Positions 45,249-58,693 of a stretch of DNA of 64,000 nucleotides are shown here, piece by piece; within the stretch, counting starts at the first letter, position 1, and each line of letters opens with the position of its first letter. The notes beneath the pieces were generated by a model. It did no database searches, was not told the DNA's origin, and was given only the letters and a program-made list of their open reading frames with translations. Source of the DNA: Zygnema circumcarinatum SAG 698-1b. Its lineage: Eukaryota; Plantae; Zygnematophyceae. Location: positions 3,534,001-3,598,000 of the forward strand of contig CM074811.1 in assembly GCA_037447605.1 (NCBI GenBank). Reading direction: 5' to 3'. The translations under genes were made by a program, and so were the position numbers.

Positions 45249-47430
45249 ATGGCGCTCGCAGGGAGAGGGGCGAGGCATGGCGCGCCTGCGCTCGCACACG
45301 CCGCACAGCTGCTCTCAGCTTTTCGCTCATCCTATGTAGGGGCTCGTCACTTGGCGAGTGCTGGCGGTCCAAGTGGGAGAACGGCATTTGGTGAGTACTG
45401 TTCCATCACTTTCCAGGGTCGTGACAAGCCATTCTAGCCTAAGAGAATTCTATTTTTAGGGTTTTAAATTGTGTAATTGGCAGCTTGTGTAGTGCTCGAT
45501 GGTAGCAAGTCAATGATTGTGGAGGTTTCTGCTTATTTCATCGAAGGCGTGCTTTTGTTTACATCTCAGTGTGTTCCATTTGCTGAATTATTCAAACATC
45601 ATTACTTCCAAAGGTCTGAAGCCGACTCTTAAGTGCACACTATTGGGATTTGAACGAGTTGATCGAGTTTTCGTCCTTTCCACTTCAACTGAGATGCTTG
45701 TTTCGTTCATTTCTCTAAAGAAAGAGACGATGGAAAATTTCTTGCTTAATATGGAGCAAAAGGTCCAACTATTATAGCAAATAGTATTCGGAATATTTCC
45801 TTTAAGATAGAGGTCATCTATCACTTGTGATAGATTTAGCTAGACTTTTGCAATATCTGCAAAAAATGGAATTTGCAGTTGTCAAGTTCGTTCTCGGAAC
45901 AGACTTGTTGCCATATTATAATTTTGTTTCGATTTCTTGTCCGCGCACATATTCAAGTCCACTTTACTCCTCTTGAATTCTGCTGTATAATGTAATGCAT
46001 GACATGGGGCACAGATCAAAAGGTTCCACCTCCCTTTTTTGGCCATCTGTTCCAGGACAGCAACGTAGAAGATGCAGATATACGCCAGCCCAAGGAGCAT
46101 CTACTGGAAAGGGTAGGCCTCAAAACAGAGAACCGAATAGCTTGTGTTGCTAACGTTCATGTACGAATTTCAAGCGACTTTTTCTGTCACTCCTAGAACT
46201 TTTACAAGATATGTTCCAATGTGTGCGTAACCCTAAGTGACTTTTTTTTTTTTGACAAAGAAATAGTTAGGTTAGTTAGTATGATCCATAATGGTGGCAT
46301 CCAGGATGATGGGATAAGGGACAAGTGGGACCAAGGAGTACGGACTTGCAATTCAAACTAGAATAATTATCCGGAAGAGAAGAAAAAACGTATTGATTAC
46401 TCCTCTCACTATTTATCCATTTGCTTTGCAGTACAATGCTCCTGACGTCTTATCAACCATGGATCGCCATAAATTGCGTCTACACCAAACTCGTGACTCG
46501 TTTGGTCTCCACGAAGCTGATTGTGGCTCCTCCCAAGTGCAGGGTAAGTTCCTTTGCTGCCTTACAGACTTTTGTGTCCTGTTCGCCTTGTAGTGAACTG
46601 TGGTCATTGTGACGCGGAGAACTTGCAAAACAGACCATAGTTTCTTGGCCAAGTTCGTTGCCTGCTTGTGTAACAGTAACGCAAGAGTGAAAATCAGGTT
46701 TTTGGAGGTCAGGATCTTAAACTCGAGTTAGTCGAGAGAATTCATAGTGTTGATCGCCAGACTCCTTTATTCAATGCATCGTGTCATTAAGGACGTGCGT
46801 TTCGAGCAGCGCTCATTCTCTGCAGCAGCAAACAACATCTCTTCCTAACACGGCAGTCCGTTTCCATTCTGGGGGTTCATGAGTGCAGTGGCAATCTTGA
46901 CGGAAAGGATAAAATATATGGGCCAGCATATGCAAGTGCACAAAAAGGTAAGGCGACTTTTAGAATAGTAATCGTCCTTTTGCTTTTGAAGTCTGAAATG
47001 TTCAGCAGGGACTGCTGATGAAATTGTTGCATGTTTGCCTTCATAGGTCTGCTTAATTTAAGAGGCTTCAACCTCTCTATAAACAGGGCTTGCTTCTTCT
47101 TAACATATGAGTCCTTTCCGGGAGATGTCATCCGATGTTTGCAGTTTGTTTGTTTGTTTGTCTCCCGTTTATGAGCTCTTGGAAACTACGTGGGCACAGA
47201 GCTGGCCAAATAAATTTTATGCTTTTGATTTTGATCTTTCATACGCCGTACATAAACCTGAGCCACTTGCGAGTGTGTGTGGGCAGGACTACCATTCTCG
47301 CAAGGGCCTTGAAGCCATGCTTGCAAAGCGCCGAAAGCTGCTCAAGTATCTCCGGCGGACTGACTGGGAGGGCTACTGCCACCTGATTGCTCGCCTCGGC
47401 CTTCGCGACAGAGTTGACAGCAGGGACTGA
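45249..47430 (+). CDS. RPS15: Organellar (probably mitochondrial) ribosomal protein uS15
   Basis: Targeting-like leader [28 protein letters not shown]; [14 protein letters not shown]|[20 protein letters not shown]|[40 protein letters not shown]. Confidence 0.92.
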
Positions 47431-47753
47431 TTCTGATGAAGCAGTTTGCTTGTGAGGCGCATGTCTCGGGCGTTTGCTATATCACATCTGTAACCATGAT
47501 TTTTCCTGGCCATCCTTTTCCACTTAAATGAATATATTTTAGTTTATCAATGGAAGTGGATGAAAGTAGTGACTTTGAAGATGGTTCACTTATTTGGTGT
47601 TGGGTGGATTCCGCTCCCACACAGAAAACGATTACCATGACCACAGCAAATCAACCCAAGCCCAGCCAGACCAGGCCCCTTTTCACGCTGTAAATTTTCA
47701 AAATCTCAGTATAACTCGAGCTCTTTGAATCCAAGCCAATGGAACACGAAGAT

Positions 47754-49944
47754 CTACCGCCTGCCGCCTCCCCCTCCAACCTTGGCCCCTCCCTTGGGCA
47801 CTGCTCGGACTCCTGCGCCCTTGCCAGCAGCCTTTGTGGCCTTTGCTGCAACCTCCGCCTTCTTCGCCTTCTTCTCGTCCTTGGTCTTCTTTATCCGCTC
47901 CTTGATCTCTCTGCAAAGCAATTCCATTGCACAGGAGGTTCATCAACTGCTGTATGACTTCTCTAGGCCAAGCTCTTCATATACACAAAATACAAACCAT
48001 AACTCATGTCTCCATATCGGATAAGGGCGGCCCCCATGGCCACTCAACAGTAGACACTCCAACTTGCCTGGACACACCTGCCTGTCTCGGTTGCCTGCTG
48101 AAGAACAGTTGAGAGTCGTTACTATGAAAAACCCACTACAGCCGCAGATGGGCAAGCCTGCTAGATTCATAAGTTAGCTATGTTGGCTACCTAATTAACA
48201 AAAAGTTTCACAACCGTTATTCTTCTCATCTAGTCACGGCTCTCGATAATGTAAACTGTTACCATAAAGCACGTCGCGGTGAGACAACTGTGTCCGTCGT
48301 GGCTCCAATAGCTCTAAAAATTCAGTTATGCTAGGTCTATGTTGGAAAATCTGAGGACGCACTTTAACTGGAGGCGCCGAGCAAGCAAACCCTAATCCTA
48401 ACCCTAACCTTAGATAACAAAATAACACCTGACTCTTCCGCTGACCTAGCTCAGGTCAACATAAGGCTGTAGCATTGAAAGAGGATGTCAAGCCGCATAC
48501 CGCAGAGCAGCTTCCCGAGCAGCAGCACGAACCTCCACCTTCTCAGTACGCTTCTTGTTGATCACTTCCAACGAGACACCAACAATCGAGCGGCTGTACG
48601 GTTTCGATGTCGTACGCCTCTTTTTCTTCACTCCCTCTGATTGCAGATCCTGCAGTCCATCCGCAATAGACCACATCCTCAGTCCACTGCAGCTAAAGCC
48701 TGTCTGCTCAAAGAACACTCCAACGCGCAATGCCTTGGCATTTTTTTACTAGTGACTAACTGACATACCCTGTAGGCATACATGTGCAAATGACTCAGAG
48801 GGATCGAGATATTGTGGGGTCAGTGAAGTAATCAGCCAATTAAAGGCATGCAATTTCCTATTTTATTATAATGTCATGTAAGCAAAATCTTTCAACGCCT
48901 CTTCATGCGAAGTATGATAATTTGTTGTAAGCACTATCTTTCTGTTAATACTGCCACAATGCAACGGAGAATTAGCTCCGTAAGCAAGCCTAGGATGCCT
49001 TTCCGCAGCCCAATTGCAACCAAGAACTTAAACACACTATAGGCGATAGAAATTCCGATATGCATCCCAAAGCCCGCATTTTATACAGTAAAGCCGAGCC
49101 CAGCATTTATCCAAATCTCAAGAAACTACGAAGGATACTATATTCACGATGAAGGTTTGCAAGCTGCTATCCGTGAAATGATGCTTGTCATGTAGAAAAA
49201 AAACCGGCACAAGTGGAAAGGTTCATTTCGAAAGTCCAGGGAACCCTTACTAACCTTCTTGTGCTGCTTGCGGAAAAGCGCAGTCCATCGCAGCTTTGAA
49301 GGCTTCAACCGGTTATGAAAATACCTCTTGCATTTAGAATTCACAAAGAGGAAAACCTGCGAATCATACAACGACCAGGCAAACCGAGCTCATTTTCCTA
49401 AACATTCAGCAGAAGGAAAACGTATGCCGGCAGTTTTAAACGATGCCTGCCAAAAAGTAAGCAATGGAAGCGCAATGATAAAGGAATCATAGGTGGCTTC
49501 TGCCTGAATACTGACCTGTGAATCCGACCGAATAAAGCGGATGCCGCGCCCCGGGTAAATTTTCGCACCGCTAAACCGGCAGAGCTCAGTCCTGCAAACC
49601 TCCACAGCTCCCACTCAACACGCAATAGAGCGAGCACTCTGCAACCACTGTCGACCACTTTTAGGTCATGCAAAAGACAGAAGCAAAGACAGAAGCAACA
49701 TGACGAGTATCTAACTTCATTCTCACGAGAACAAACTGCAAGGCCCATATGTGCCGAACCACTGCCCCCTACAAATTGGTCAGGATCTCCTTTCATTCAT
49801 CCCTTAAATCCCTTCCAGGCTTTTCAATCCCGCGTTTTTCCCAGCCGTGAATTCCCGATAGACTATGTTTATCCCCCTCCCTGTCTTCAAGAAAGAGATG
49901 CACGTCTGCCATAGAGACGCCATGGAGCCTTACTTGAGAACCAT
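47754..49944 (-). CDS. RPL24: 60S ribosomal protein eL24
   Basis: MVLK|[25 protein letters not shown]|[34 protein letters not shown]|...[17 protein letters not shown]...REAALR|[20 protein letters not shown]...GGGGRR*. Confidence 0.97.
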
Positions 49945-50273
49945 GGCGGCTTGCAGAGCCGAGTCGGAGAGAACGCCTCAGGGGGAGGCGCGCTCCATAA
50001 TAGGAGAGATTGGAGAAAAAAGACGGTTGAGATCTGCTCAATTTTAGATCGAACGGCTCTAATTCACCAATTGTTTGAAGATACTGATTTTCTATAGTTT
50101 GATATTTCGATTTTTTAAAATGAGTACGTCGCGTTTGTTGGTCCGTTAGGGCAAGCGCGGATGACTCTGCCTGGCTCATCATCCGACAGAAAGTTGAATC
50201 CGTGGGCATCTCTTTCTCCCTCACTCATTTCTCTCTCTCCCTGCAGTTGCACTGACCTTATATTGTAGACAAT

Positions 50274-51458
50274 ATGTCGTTCGCAGTGAGGGGAATCTCC
50301 CAGGGCCTGAAGCAGAAGGTGCTTGGCGCTGCTCCTGCACAGGTGGTGGGGAGGCGCTTCATGTCAGGAGGCTCTGACAAGTCTCACGACATAGGTGATT
50401 TATTTTCCTATGAATACACGGGCTGGAAAAATGTGTTTTATCTTCTATTGTGCAGCGATCGCTTCTTTGGTGTTACTGGGTGCTTCTCCTTCTTTTGTTA
50501 GTCGTCTATTTGGCTTGGTCGACGCGTTGAGAGGAACTTAGAGTTCTGTCTACCTTATCTGAGTCTTGCATGACTTTTGGTTCTCAGAGGAAACGATTAA
50601 ATGGAGGAACATTACGGCTGTTGCATACGTCGGCTGCATTGCCATGGGAATCTACACCTTTGTCGGTGGGAGCGAGCATGGGCACGGACATCATGAGAAA
50701 CCTGTACGTTATCTAACTAAAAACTGAATGATGCAATTTTTCCAATACGTGAAACCAGCAGGTTGCCTTTGAACATTCAATGTGTTGCAAGTCAGTTCAG
50801 TCAAACTAGTCGGCTTTTCTCATTACATTTCAACCTGTAGAGTTTCATTTTGCCCTTCGCGCAATGAGCAAGGGACTGGCCATCAAGAATGTTAACGATT
50901 ATTCAATCGTTTTTGAGTCCTGCAGTTGCCTGGCATATTGCATTTTCAGTCTTGCTTTTCTTCTTGCTGCATGTGATGCAGTTATAGTTCAAGCGGTTAG
51001 AACGGCCTTCTCTAAAAGCGAGGCGCTATTTTAGCAAGTTGTGCACGCTAATTGAGGAACGCTCGCTTATCTGCGTTTTTGGTTTTGCCGTCTATTTTGC
51101 ATTGGATGAGCAGTGCATGACCTAACTTAAGTGTGATGTGTTTCAGCCATATCCTTATCTGCACATCCGGAACAAGGAGTTTCCCTGGGGTAAGGTCTAT
51201 CGTCCTCCTTCCATTCCTGATGCTGATTCTTTTTGAGCTTTGCTGTCAAGGCCATGAAATCGCAACTTTTTTTTAAACAGCAGTCTAGGTAGCTGCAAAT
51301 GTTGTACTTTATACCAACTTCCTTCCTCAACAGGCCAATGACATTTTTTTCGGTACAGCAGTCTAGTCCAAGGTCATGTGTCTCACAGGCGTGTAGAGGT
51401 GGTGCTTGATGCAGGACCATGTGGCCTCTTTGAGTGGGATTGCAAGGCTCACGAGTAA
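50274..51458 (+). CDS. COX6A: Cytochrome c oxidase subunit 6a
   Basis: MSFAVRGISQ...SHDI|EETIKWRNITAVAYVGC...HGHGHHEKP|PYPYLHIRNKEFPW|GPCGLFEWDCKAHE*. Confidence 0.92.
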
Positions 51459-52199
51459 ATCTCTATGGCCGAGAGCAAAGATATATTGTTTCGTACCGAG
51501 GGATTGGCTGGTGCGGCCAAACTGCAGCAGCTGGACTACCACGCATATGTAAAGTCTTTTTCTTCTTTGTTAATGTTCAGGCTCCCCTAAGAGAGAACGC
51601 GTTTCTTACTCCGCCATTGCTACGCTCATGCTGCCAGCTTGAACTTCAACATTCTGCCTCTGCATGTCTCCGCAGCATAGATTGGTTTTATGACAGAAAC
51701 ATCTGCATGCGGTGGCGTGTTTCCATTTGAAGTTTCTTTCTGAAATTGACGTGTGGAAAGGAACTTGAGTCACCAATGCTAACAGTTCAAGTGTATAATC
51801 TAATGTTTGACGCTAAAAAGGTGTCTAGCCAAGCTGTGTGAAGCCTGTGTTAAAGTTGTCTTGCTGACTCATGAAGTGAACCTCCGCATGAGTGATACGC
51901 AATCTTTCCTTCTTCCCTTTGTCGTTCTGTGAATACCTTGCTCCTTTTTTCGGCCCCTCGCCCTCACTTATAAAGCCAAACACAATGCGGAAATTCCCAT
52001 TCCCCTGTTCCAGTGCTGAACAATGGTGCAACTTTGGAATGTGCAACCAACCATACAGCAAGGACGCGTTAAAAAAAACAGATGTCGATTTGTTTCTTTT
52101 CTCCCTTTTTCGTATTTCATGTCGATCTGAGGATGAAACGCGACTCATTTGAAAAGTAACAGCAGATGCAGAATTATCTCCTACAATGACGAATCCATA

Positions 52200-52541
52200 G
52201 GGGGATTCAGACTTTGACCATCGCCAAATCGATGAAGCAGGCCTGTCGGGCGAGCATTAGCTAGGTACGCATTTCGGTACGGTTGGGTACGGCAGAGCCC
52301 CGGATCCCCACCCGGAATTCGTACACGAAAGCAGTGACTTTTAGTATAAGTTTCCCGATCTTAGCTTCTTTCGATTGTGCTTAGGTCCTTTGCGACCCGT
52401 CCCTCGTGATTCCACATTATGCTTTTGTCCATGTATATTTGATGGCCTTGCCATGGTGAGTTCAATGAAATTTTCCCCTTATACTAAAATAATTAAGGAA
52501 TTAGGGAATTTAGTACGCGATGGTCAATGTCTGACTCCCCC
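52200..52541. mobile_element. 342-bp MITE with 25-bp TIRs and a TA target site; contains repeat module copy C (52375-52467)
   Basis: Left GGGGGATTCAGACTTTGACCATCGC (52200-52224) versus the reverse complement of 52517-52541, GGGGGAGTCAGACATTGACCATCGC (2 mismatches). TA lies on both flanks. Confidence 0.88.
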
Positions 52542-52565
52542 TATTTATCCCCAAGAAAAAGGCAC

Positions 52566-52572
52566 AAAAAAA
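52566..52572 (-). terminator. Pol III oligo-T terminator of tRNA-Thr
   Basis: T7 on the minus strand, 14 nt past the discriminator base. Confidence 0.8.
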
Positions 52573-52586
52573 CCAAATGCATACTT

Positions 52587-52658
52587 AGCTCCTGCGGAGG
52601 ATTGAACTCCGGACCTTTCGCTTACGAAGCGAACGCACTACCACTGTGCTACAGAAGC
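52587..52658 (-). tRNA. trnT-CGU: tRNA-Thr (anticodon CGU), intronless
   Basis: GCTTCTG TA GCAC AGTGGTA GTGC G TTCGC TTCGTAA GCGAA AGGTC CGGAG TTCAATC CTCCG CAGGAGC T; all four stems pair. Confidence 0.97.
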
Positions 52659-52768
52659 TGCCGGCTCTTGCGGAAAATTCCTTTTTTCTCATAACCTACG
52701 TCACTCTCCCCTTCTCTTTGCCTCCCTCCCCCGGCCAAGGGCGTGCAGACGGGCCTCCCTCCGGTATC

Positions 52769-54930
52769 ATGCCGCCCTCGCTCGTGGGGCGAGCGCCCCA
52801 TGGCGACTATGGCGACAACCCTTTCGCCTTCATGATGCATTGCGACGCCTTCTCAGCCGCCTGGCTGCCGCAACCAGGTATTGGACTGGACTGACTCATC
52901 TGCGCTTTTTGTCTGGTGTTTGTTTAGAACTGGCGGCGTAATCATTCTACAGTTGTTTGTTTTTAGTTTTTGCATACCGGCTTCGATAGTCCTCTTCTGT
53001 AATCGAGCTGCATGTCCATTTTTTTCTCCTTTTTTGTTTGCTGAGAACGTAATGGGTGCTATCTGCGCTTAGGTCTTCTAGGAGTGTTGGTTCTGCAGCG
53101 GTGGAACCCTTTTGTTCGCTCTGATTCTATAACAGTGGCTACCGTAAAGCTCGAGCATCTATCATGTATGCATACTGAGCCTTGTTGACGAGGAGTTAGT
53201 ACGACCAGGTGCTTGTGTCATATTGCGTCATTCTGTACCTGGAAACTGAAGGACAGCAAGAACCTTACACTTCTATGACTCTGAAACATCTTGGCTTCGA
53301 AGAAATCATTTTGCATGCATACAAGCTGTATTCTAACTCTCTTTGAGTTACGAATGTGCATAACGATGAATGTGGAAGTTTACTGAAGGCCATATATGCA
53401 TTGGCGCAGACCCGCAGGAAGTGCAGTTCATGGCCCAGCGAGTTGTGGAGTCGCAAGTCGTTCCTCCTGACCGCGCAGAAAGCGTCGCGGCGGCTCTTGT
53501 ACAGGGGATTGGCGCGGTGTTAGCACTAGCAAGGAGAGTGCAGAGGAATGGATAAGGATGGCTCCTCACTTCAGGGGCTCGCTAATCTTGGACAGAATCT
53601 CTGGAGGCCTCAAACGCACTTTTGGTGTTCATCCAAGATTTGCAGCCAAGATCTGGGAGTCGTTTGAGAATGGAGACCTCCGTGCAAACTGCAATTCATG
53701 AGCAGTTGGATCAACAGTGTAATTTTCTGGTGCGCGTGTAAATACCAACCTTGTAGCACATTGATGCCTTAGTTCACTGTATTCCTGCAATTTATACTGT
53801 ATGCGTGTTAGGAGTACGACATTTCTTTCTTGCTGGCGTAGCAGCAGTTTGGGACCCTATTTCCTATATATCAAACGAGTACGTTACTTTGTAGCGAAGG
53901 GGAGGCAACTGCAGTTAAGCTTAGTTTTCCTGGAAACGAATTGGTGAGCTCTCTTCGAAATTGGAGATGATTGTGCCTTCACTGTTCAACCCAGATGGAC
54001 TGTGGGATAGAACAACCACATTCTTGACATCTACCCGTATGGGTGTTTCAACACCATGCCATGCGATTGTGCAATGATCTGCAATGATCTGATCCCTTTG
54101 ATTTGCAAACCGAAAACCAAGGTCTTGTCCATGTTGTAAGTTTATCCAGAGCTCAACTCAGTTTTTGCAAGAACCGACGATTTTGTGCTTCTTTTCAAAG
54201 GAAAAGGACATGGCTGGCGCCCTTCTGTACTTCTCCACCAAAAGGCTTCACATGAATTGGATATAAGCATCCGAATGCTCCAACTCTCCTCCAAAGGCAT
54301 CGCAGAAAGGCGTCAGAACAAGAGTGGGCGGAAAAGTAGAACTAAGTACAAGCAAGTCATCTTTCCCGATAGACTATGTACGGGCGGCTGAAGGAGCGTA
54401 GCATCAAGGAGCAGGAGAATCAGGAGGCAACCCCTGCAGTGGAAGCCCATATGTACAAAGGGAGAGCTAAAACGCTATAATGCTTGGAAGTTCACTGCTT
54501 TACAAAACCATTCTATTGCCCTTCCTCCTCTATGCCTGTACATGTCTCCAGTCCGAGTGTACCGGATAGGCTTTCAAGGTGAAAGCGGAGTGCCCACCAG
54601 CAGGTGCAGCTGCAGCGACACGCAAACGGCCCCGAGGACGGCAAACAGCCCCACGTAGCGGCCCATGGCGGCCTGCAGCCAGAAGCGCCTGCTCTGCGCC
54701 CCCTGGCATGCCACAGCTCCGAGAGTGAGCCCACTCCCGCTGACGGCTCAGAAATGTCCATGTCCATAGGGTGGCATGGGCCCCTTGCGGTACAGGACTC
54801 ACTCACTGGATACATGGCTCGTAATGCAGTTTCTTGGTCCTCCCGCCTGAGATTAGGTCATGTACTCCAGAACATTACGGTGCATATATTTTCAAGAGGA
54901 GATAAACGGCGGACGACGATAAGGCAGTAA
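52769..54930 (+). CDS. Probable multi-exon protein-coding gene, product not recognised; exon chain and end uncertain
   Basis: ATG 52769 with a CAG|GTATTG donor. Splice-bounded open segments EVQFMAQRVVESQVVPP..., ESLEASNALLVFIQDL...QCNFL|, GVRHFFLAGVAAVWDPISY|, EGEATAVKLSFPGNEL|. I could not assemble one phase-consistent chain. Confidence 0.4.
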
Positions 54931-55259
54931 ATGGCACTCAATAGTCGTAAAGGTTAAAGGCATGAATAACAAGATGCTAGACCCTTCAGTATAAAGCTAG
55001 GTGTGGGAGATGCAACGACAGCACAAAATTGCGCTTGAATCAAATGTAATGACTACCCGTACTTCAGTATGAGGAACCTAGCTTCACTACATTTAGCCTT
55101 ACAATGAGCTTGCTGGTTGCAGCACACACTTGAACTCTGTGGCACTGCATTCAGCAGGTCATCCGGTACACACACAGCTCTTCACACGGTCTGCAGCAAG
55201 ATAATGGGGTTGGAGGACCTTTCGGCTCTTTCTCTCCACCTCATTACTATCAAGCAGGT

Positions 55260-58200
55260 TTAGCTTTGCTCCCCCAGCCATCCCTTCAGACCATGTTTTG
55301 GGCGACTAACCTCCACCCTCCTGCGATATTCTGCTATGGCGCTTGGCCCCACCCAAACACGACCCTTGTTGGACTCCAACTGGGCGTAATGCATCCTGTC
55401 CATGGGTCACATAATTGATGTGAGACCTATGGATGAAGCTACGTCTGAAATCAATAAGTCAAATCAAATCAGTTTCAACAAGCATCAGGCAAGCAGATGA
55501 TTTCAAAACAAAGCAACTTTGACTGCAGTTCATCCTCCATTTGCTTGAATATATTTGTCACGTACCCTAGTTGGGATAGCTGCTCCAAAATGGATGCTTG
55601 CACCACAGAGATACGGTTGTGACTCCCCCTGCAACGTGAAGGGAGAGTGTGCGAGCAACCGATCATACAAAGAAATCCAAACAGAGGTCGGGCTTCATAA
55701 GAACATTAACCGAAGGTAATCTGCCACTGAAGAGGTATCTCCCCAAGCAGGGCAGGTTCTACAGCAATGGGCAGACACTGAAGGTGCAAAGGGCGTGACA
55801 TGTGCAGTTTTCATTGATAGGGAGGAAATATTAAATTTCCGATGCATTAAGCCCGCGTTAAGAGAGCCTGAAGTCATCTGCTACATGCCATGCTCTTCAA
55901 GTTTGAAAATAGGGCCTGACTCTTCAGGTACATTGGCCAGGGAGGGCAAGGAAAACTGTACTCACCTGCCTACACCTGTGATAATAACAAGCCCCTCAGT
56001 CTCATCTGCATCATCGTGATCCACCAAACCCAACCTCTTGCTGTGAACTGGTCTATGTTTGCCAAAATCTCGCGAAAAAAGGTGCTCCTCCTTTGCTTTC
56101 AATGATCTCAGCTGAATGGATAATCATTCTAGGGACTACGAACGTGTTCTCTCTGTCAAAGTTTCACATGATAGTTGCCAGCCAGACGTCTACAATCCTA
56201 AATCCAGCTTTCTTCGTCCTGGATGAAATTCTTGCTTTTTGTGATCGCAAAAAGTACCTCTTGGTTCCGTGGAGGAGAGAAGCAACTGCTCCAAAGACTG
56301 GGAGAGAAGAATCCTGCACAGCCATTCAACCACACCCACAACATTGTCACCTGTATCCGCAGCCAAACAGATAAGCACGCACCTCAAATCCAAGAAATTA
56401 TACCTACCACCCGCGCAGGATGTATTGCTTGCTCTTCTCGACTGAATTCGCAGCGACTTTTCTGTCAGTTTGGCAAATGCCTACCTGCTCTCCACAGCCG
56501 AGTAGCCATGCAGGTCCAGCATGCGATACAAGCCGCAAGCGAGAGAGCCGGCTGCCTCTGTCACGCGTAACCTCACTTCCCTATCTCCTCGTTTAGAGAG
56601 TTGTCTGAACTTTGGAGTGTTTGCTGCCCTCCAAGACTTAGCATGCAGGGTGGTCACGCTGTCACACGAGGGGGGCTCCTTCAGGCTGCCCGGGCTGTGT
56701 TTTTCCTCTTTAATTCCGGAAGACGTGAAGGTCTCTGACGGTGAAGTAAAGTGTGCAGTTCTCTTATCGCCATTCTCCCTGTCTGTACAGCGCTTCCTAT
56801 CTCTATCTTCATAAAGCATGTCTTGTGAAGTCATGCGTTCTACATTCGATATCAGTCCACTGGCAGCATCCTTTCCCTCTTCTCTACTATGACTCAGTCC
56901 CATTTCCTCCCTTGACCGCCTTTCTGCAGGGCTTCCCTTGGTTGACGGGCTGCTTTGCTGCTGCAACAGTGAATGCTTAGTGGCGGATGATGTAGCGATG
57001 CAGCTTTCAAGTTCATGCCAGAGATCTGCAGGCAGTGTTGGCAAGTGTCGGAAGGCAGTCATAAGGGTACTCCGCGTTACCTGACCTTCCAGGGTAAAAT
57101 TCAGTAAATGATGTCAATAAAAAAAAAACATGCTTTTAAAGCATGTAATGTCGACATAAGCCCGAAACCGGACCATTACTCCATACCATCCCCAAAGCCC
57201 GTAATCTGGAGCTGGTCAAGAGATTACCTTATCAGGAGCCATCCCTGCTGCTTTCATAGACTCCCACAAGGCCAGTGCTGCATCAGTATCTCCTTTACGA
57301 GCATATGCGTCTAGAATTGTGTTGTACGTTATGAGGTCGGGTTTTATTCCGTGAATCTTCATATCTTGCAGTAGTCGAAAAGCGCCATCAGGCTCTGCTG
57401 CTTTCGCAAAGGCCGCAACTAAAGTGTTGTACGTTGTCTGCAGGAAGGAGAATCAGAAACAGCAGTCAGAGCTCCAGAATTTCTGATCAAAAGAGACAAA
57501 AATATTTCTGTCCCAATGCTGATACACGCCAATCGAAATTCTCTAGAGAGCGCCATAAACATTATTCTTGGGTACATTATTTCTAAGCTTATTGGGTTTA
57601 AATTAAAAAAAATAGTGTGGCCCCCACATTGCTGGAAATGCTAGATAGCCAAACAAACAGTTTCATTTCGATACAAGATGCAAAAGTTGTGTGGTTATAT
57701 GTAATGTCATTTCTTTGTTAAATTCATTTAAAGAAAGTGAAAAGAAATCATGCATAAATTGGGGTTGCATAAATTTGTACGGGCTCCGACATGTTTATCG
57801 AAGGTTACATAAACCAGTGTGGCCCACAGTCTTGAGCACACACTCACTGCACGCATACTAAATGTGATGGCCAGTGTATATGACTCACTGATCCGGGAAA
57901 AGCTCGCAGCACGAGTGCATGCAATTGGGCGGAATGAGCTCACCAAGTTTGGCGGCACATTGCTTTCCTTCATCTTTTCGAGCACTCCCAAGGCCTTACC
58001 AACGTGGCCCTGCCTCGCCCAGGCGTGCATGAGTGCATTCATGGTCACGACGCTCGGTTGCATGCCCTGTGAAGCCATAGACGAAACAACGCCCGCAGCT
58101 TCTTGCGGATAACCTCCTTTTCCAAGCACTGAAATCATGGCGGAGAACACGTGCTGATTAGGGTGAAGGCCACAGACTTCCAGCTCTTTGAACAGCCTGC

Positions 58201-58693
58201 GAGCACGCAATACTTGGTCCTCCGTGACATTGGATGAGCCACACAGCGCAATGCGGGCAGTAAACATCCAGAGCATCGGCCGCCCTCCCGCAGCATTATA
58301 GCGCTTCACAAGAGACTCCGTTCGACGTTGCTGGCGACGCGCGACAGCCTCTTTAATCGCTGCCAGCAGCTGAGGAAAGGAGAGGCTTTCTTCAAATTTT
58401 CGTCCCGAATCCCACTCCTCTCTCTTGCTGCTCTCGTCCTCTCGAACATCATTCGAAATTCTTGCAGAGGAAGCGAAGAACTTCCAGGGAGGACACGACG
58501 CGTTCCACGAGTTCAAGCCATGGCTCCTTTCCTGCAACAAAGAATGTAGGGCAGCGGGGATTCCGAGGTCAGCAAGCCCTGGCGGGACGACGCGCGCGTG
58601 CGGGGGCGCCATGGCGGCGAGCAGGGCGCGCCTTGCCCTTGCGGCGGCCATGGCGGGAGCTCGCATGGACTGTCCATGGCGGAACATGGCCAT
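55260..58693 (-). CDS. PPR-SMR protein (P-type PPR repeats plus C-terminal Smr domain)
   Basis: PPR units VFSAMISVLGKGG..., TMNALMHAWARQG..., TYNTLVAAFAKA..., TYNTILDAYARKG...; Smr LDLHG (~56500), LVIITGVG (~55980), ...NKGRVWV...LKGWLGEQS*. The start may lie further upstream (~58880). Confidence 0.88.

Noticed and set aside
47990-48200. Possible H/ACA snoRNA in the last RPL24 intron (ATAGTA and ACA motifs on the minus strand)
   Set aside because: The motifs are short and the hairpins unconvincing by eye; needs snoReport/Infernal before any claim.
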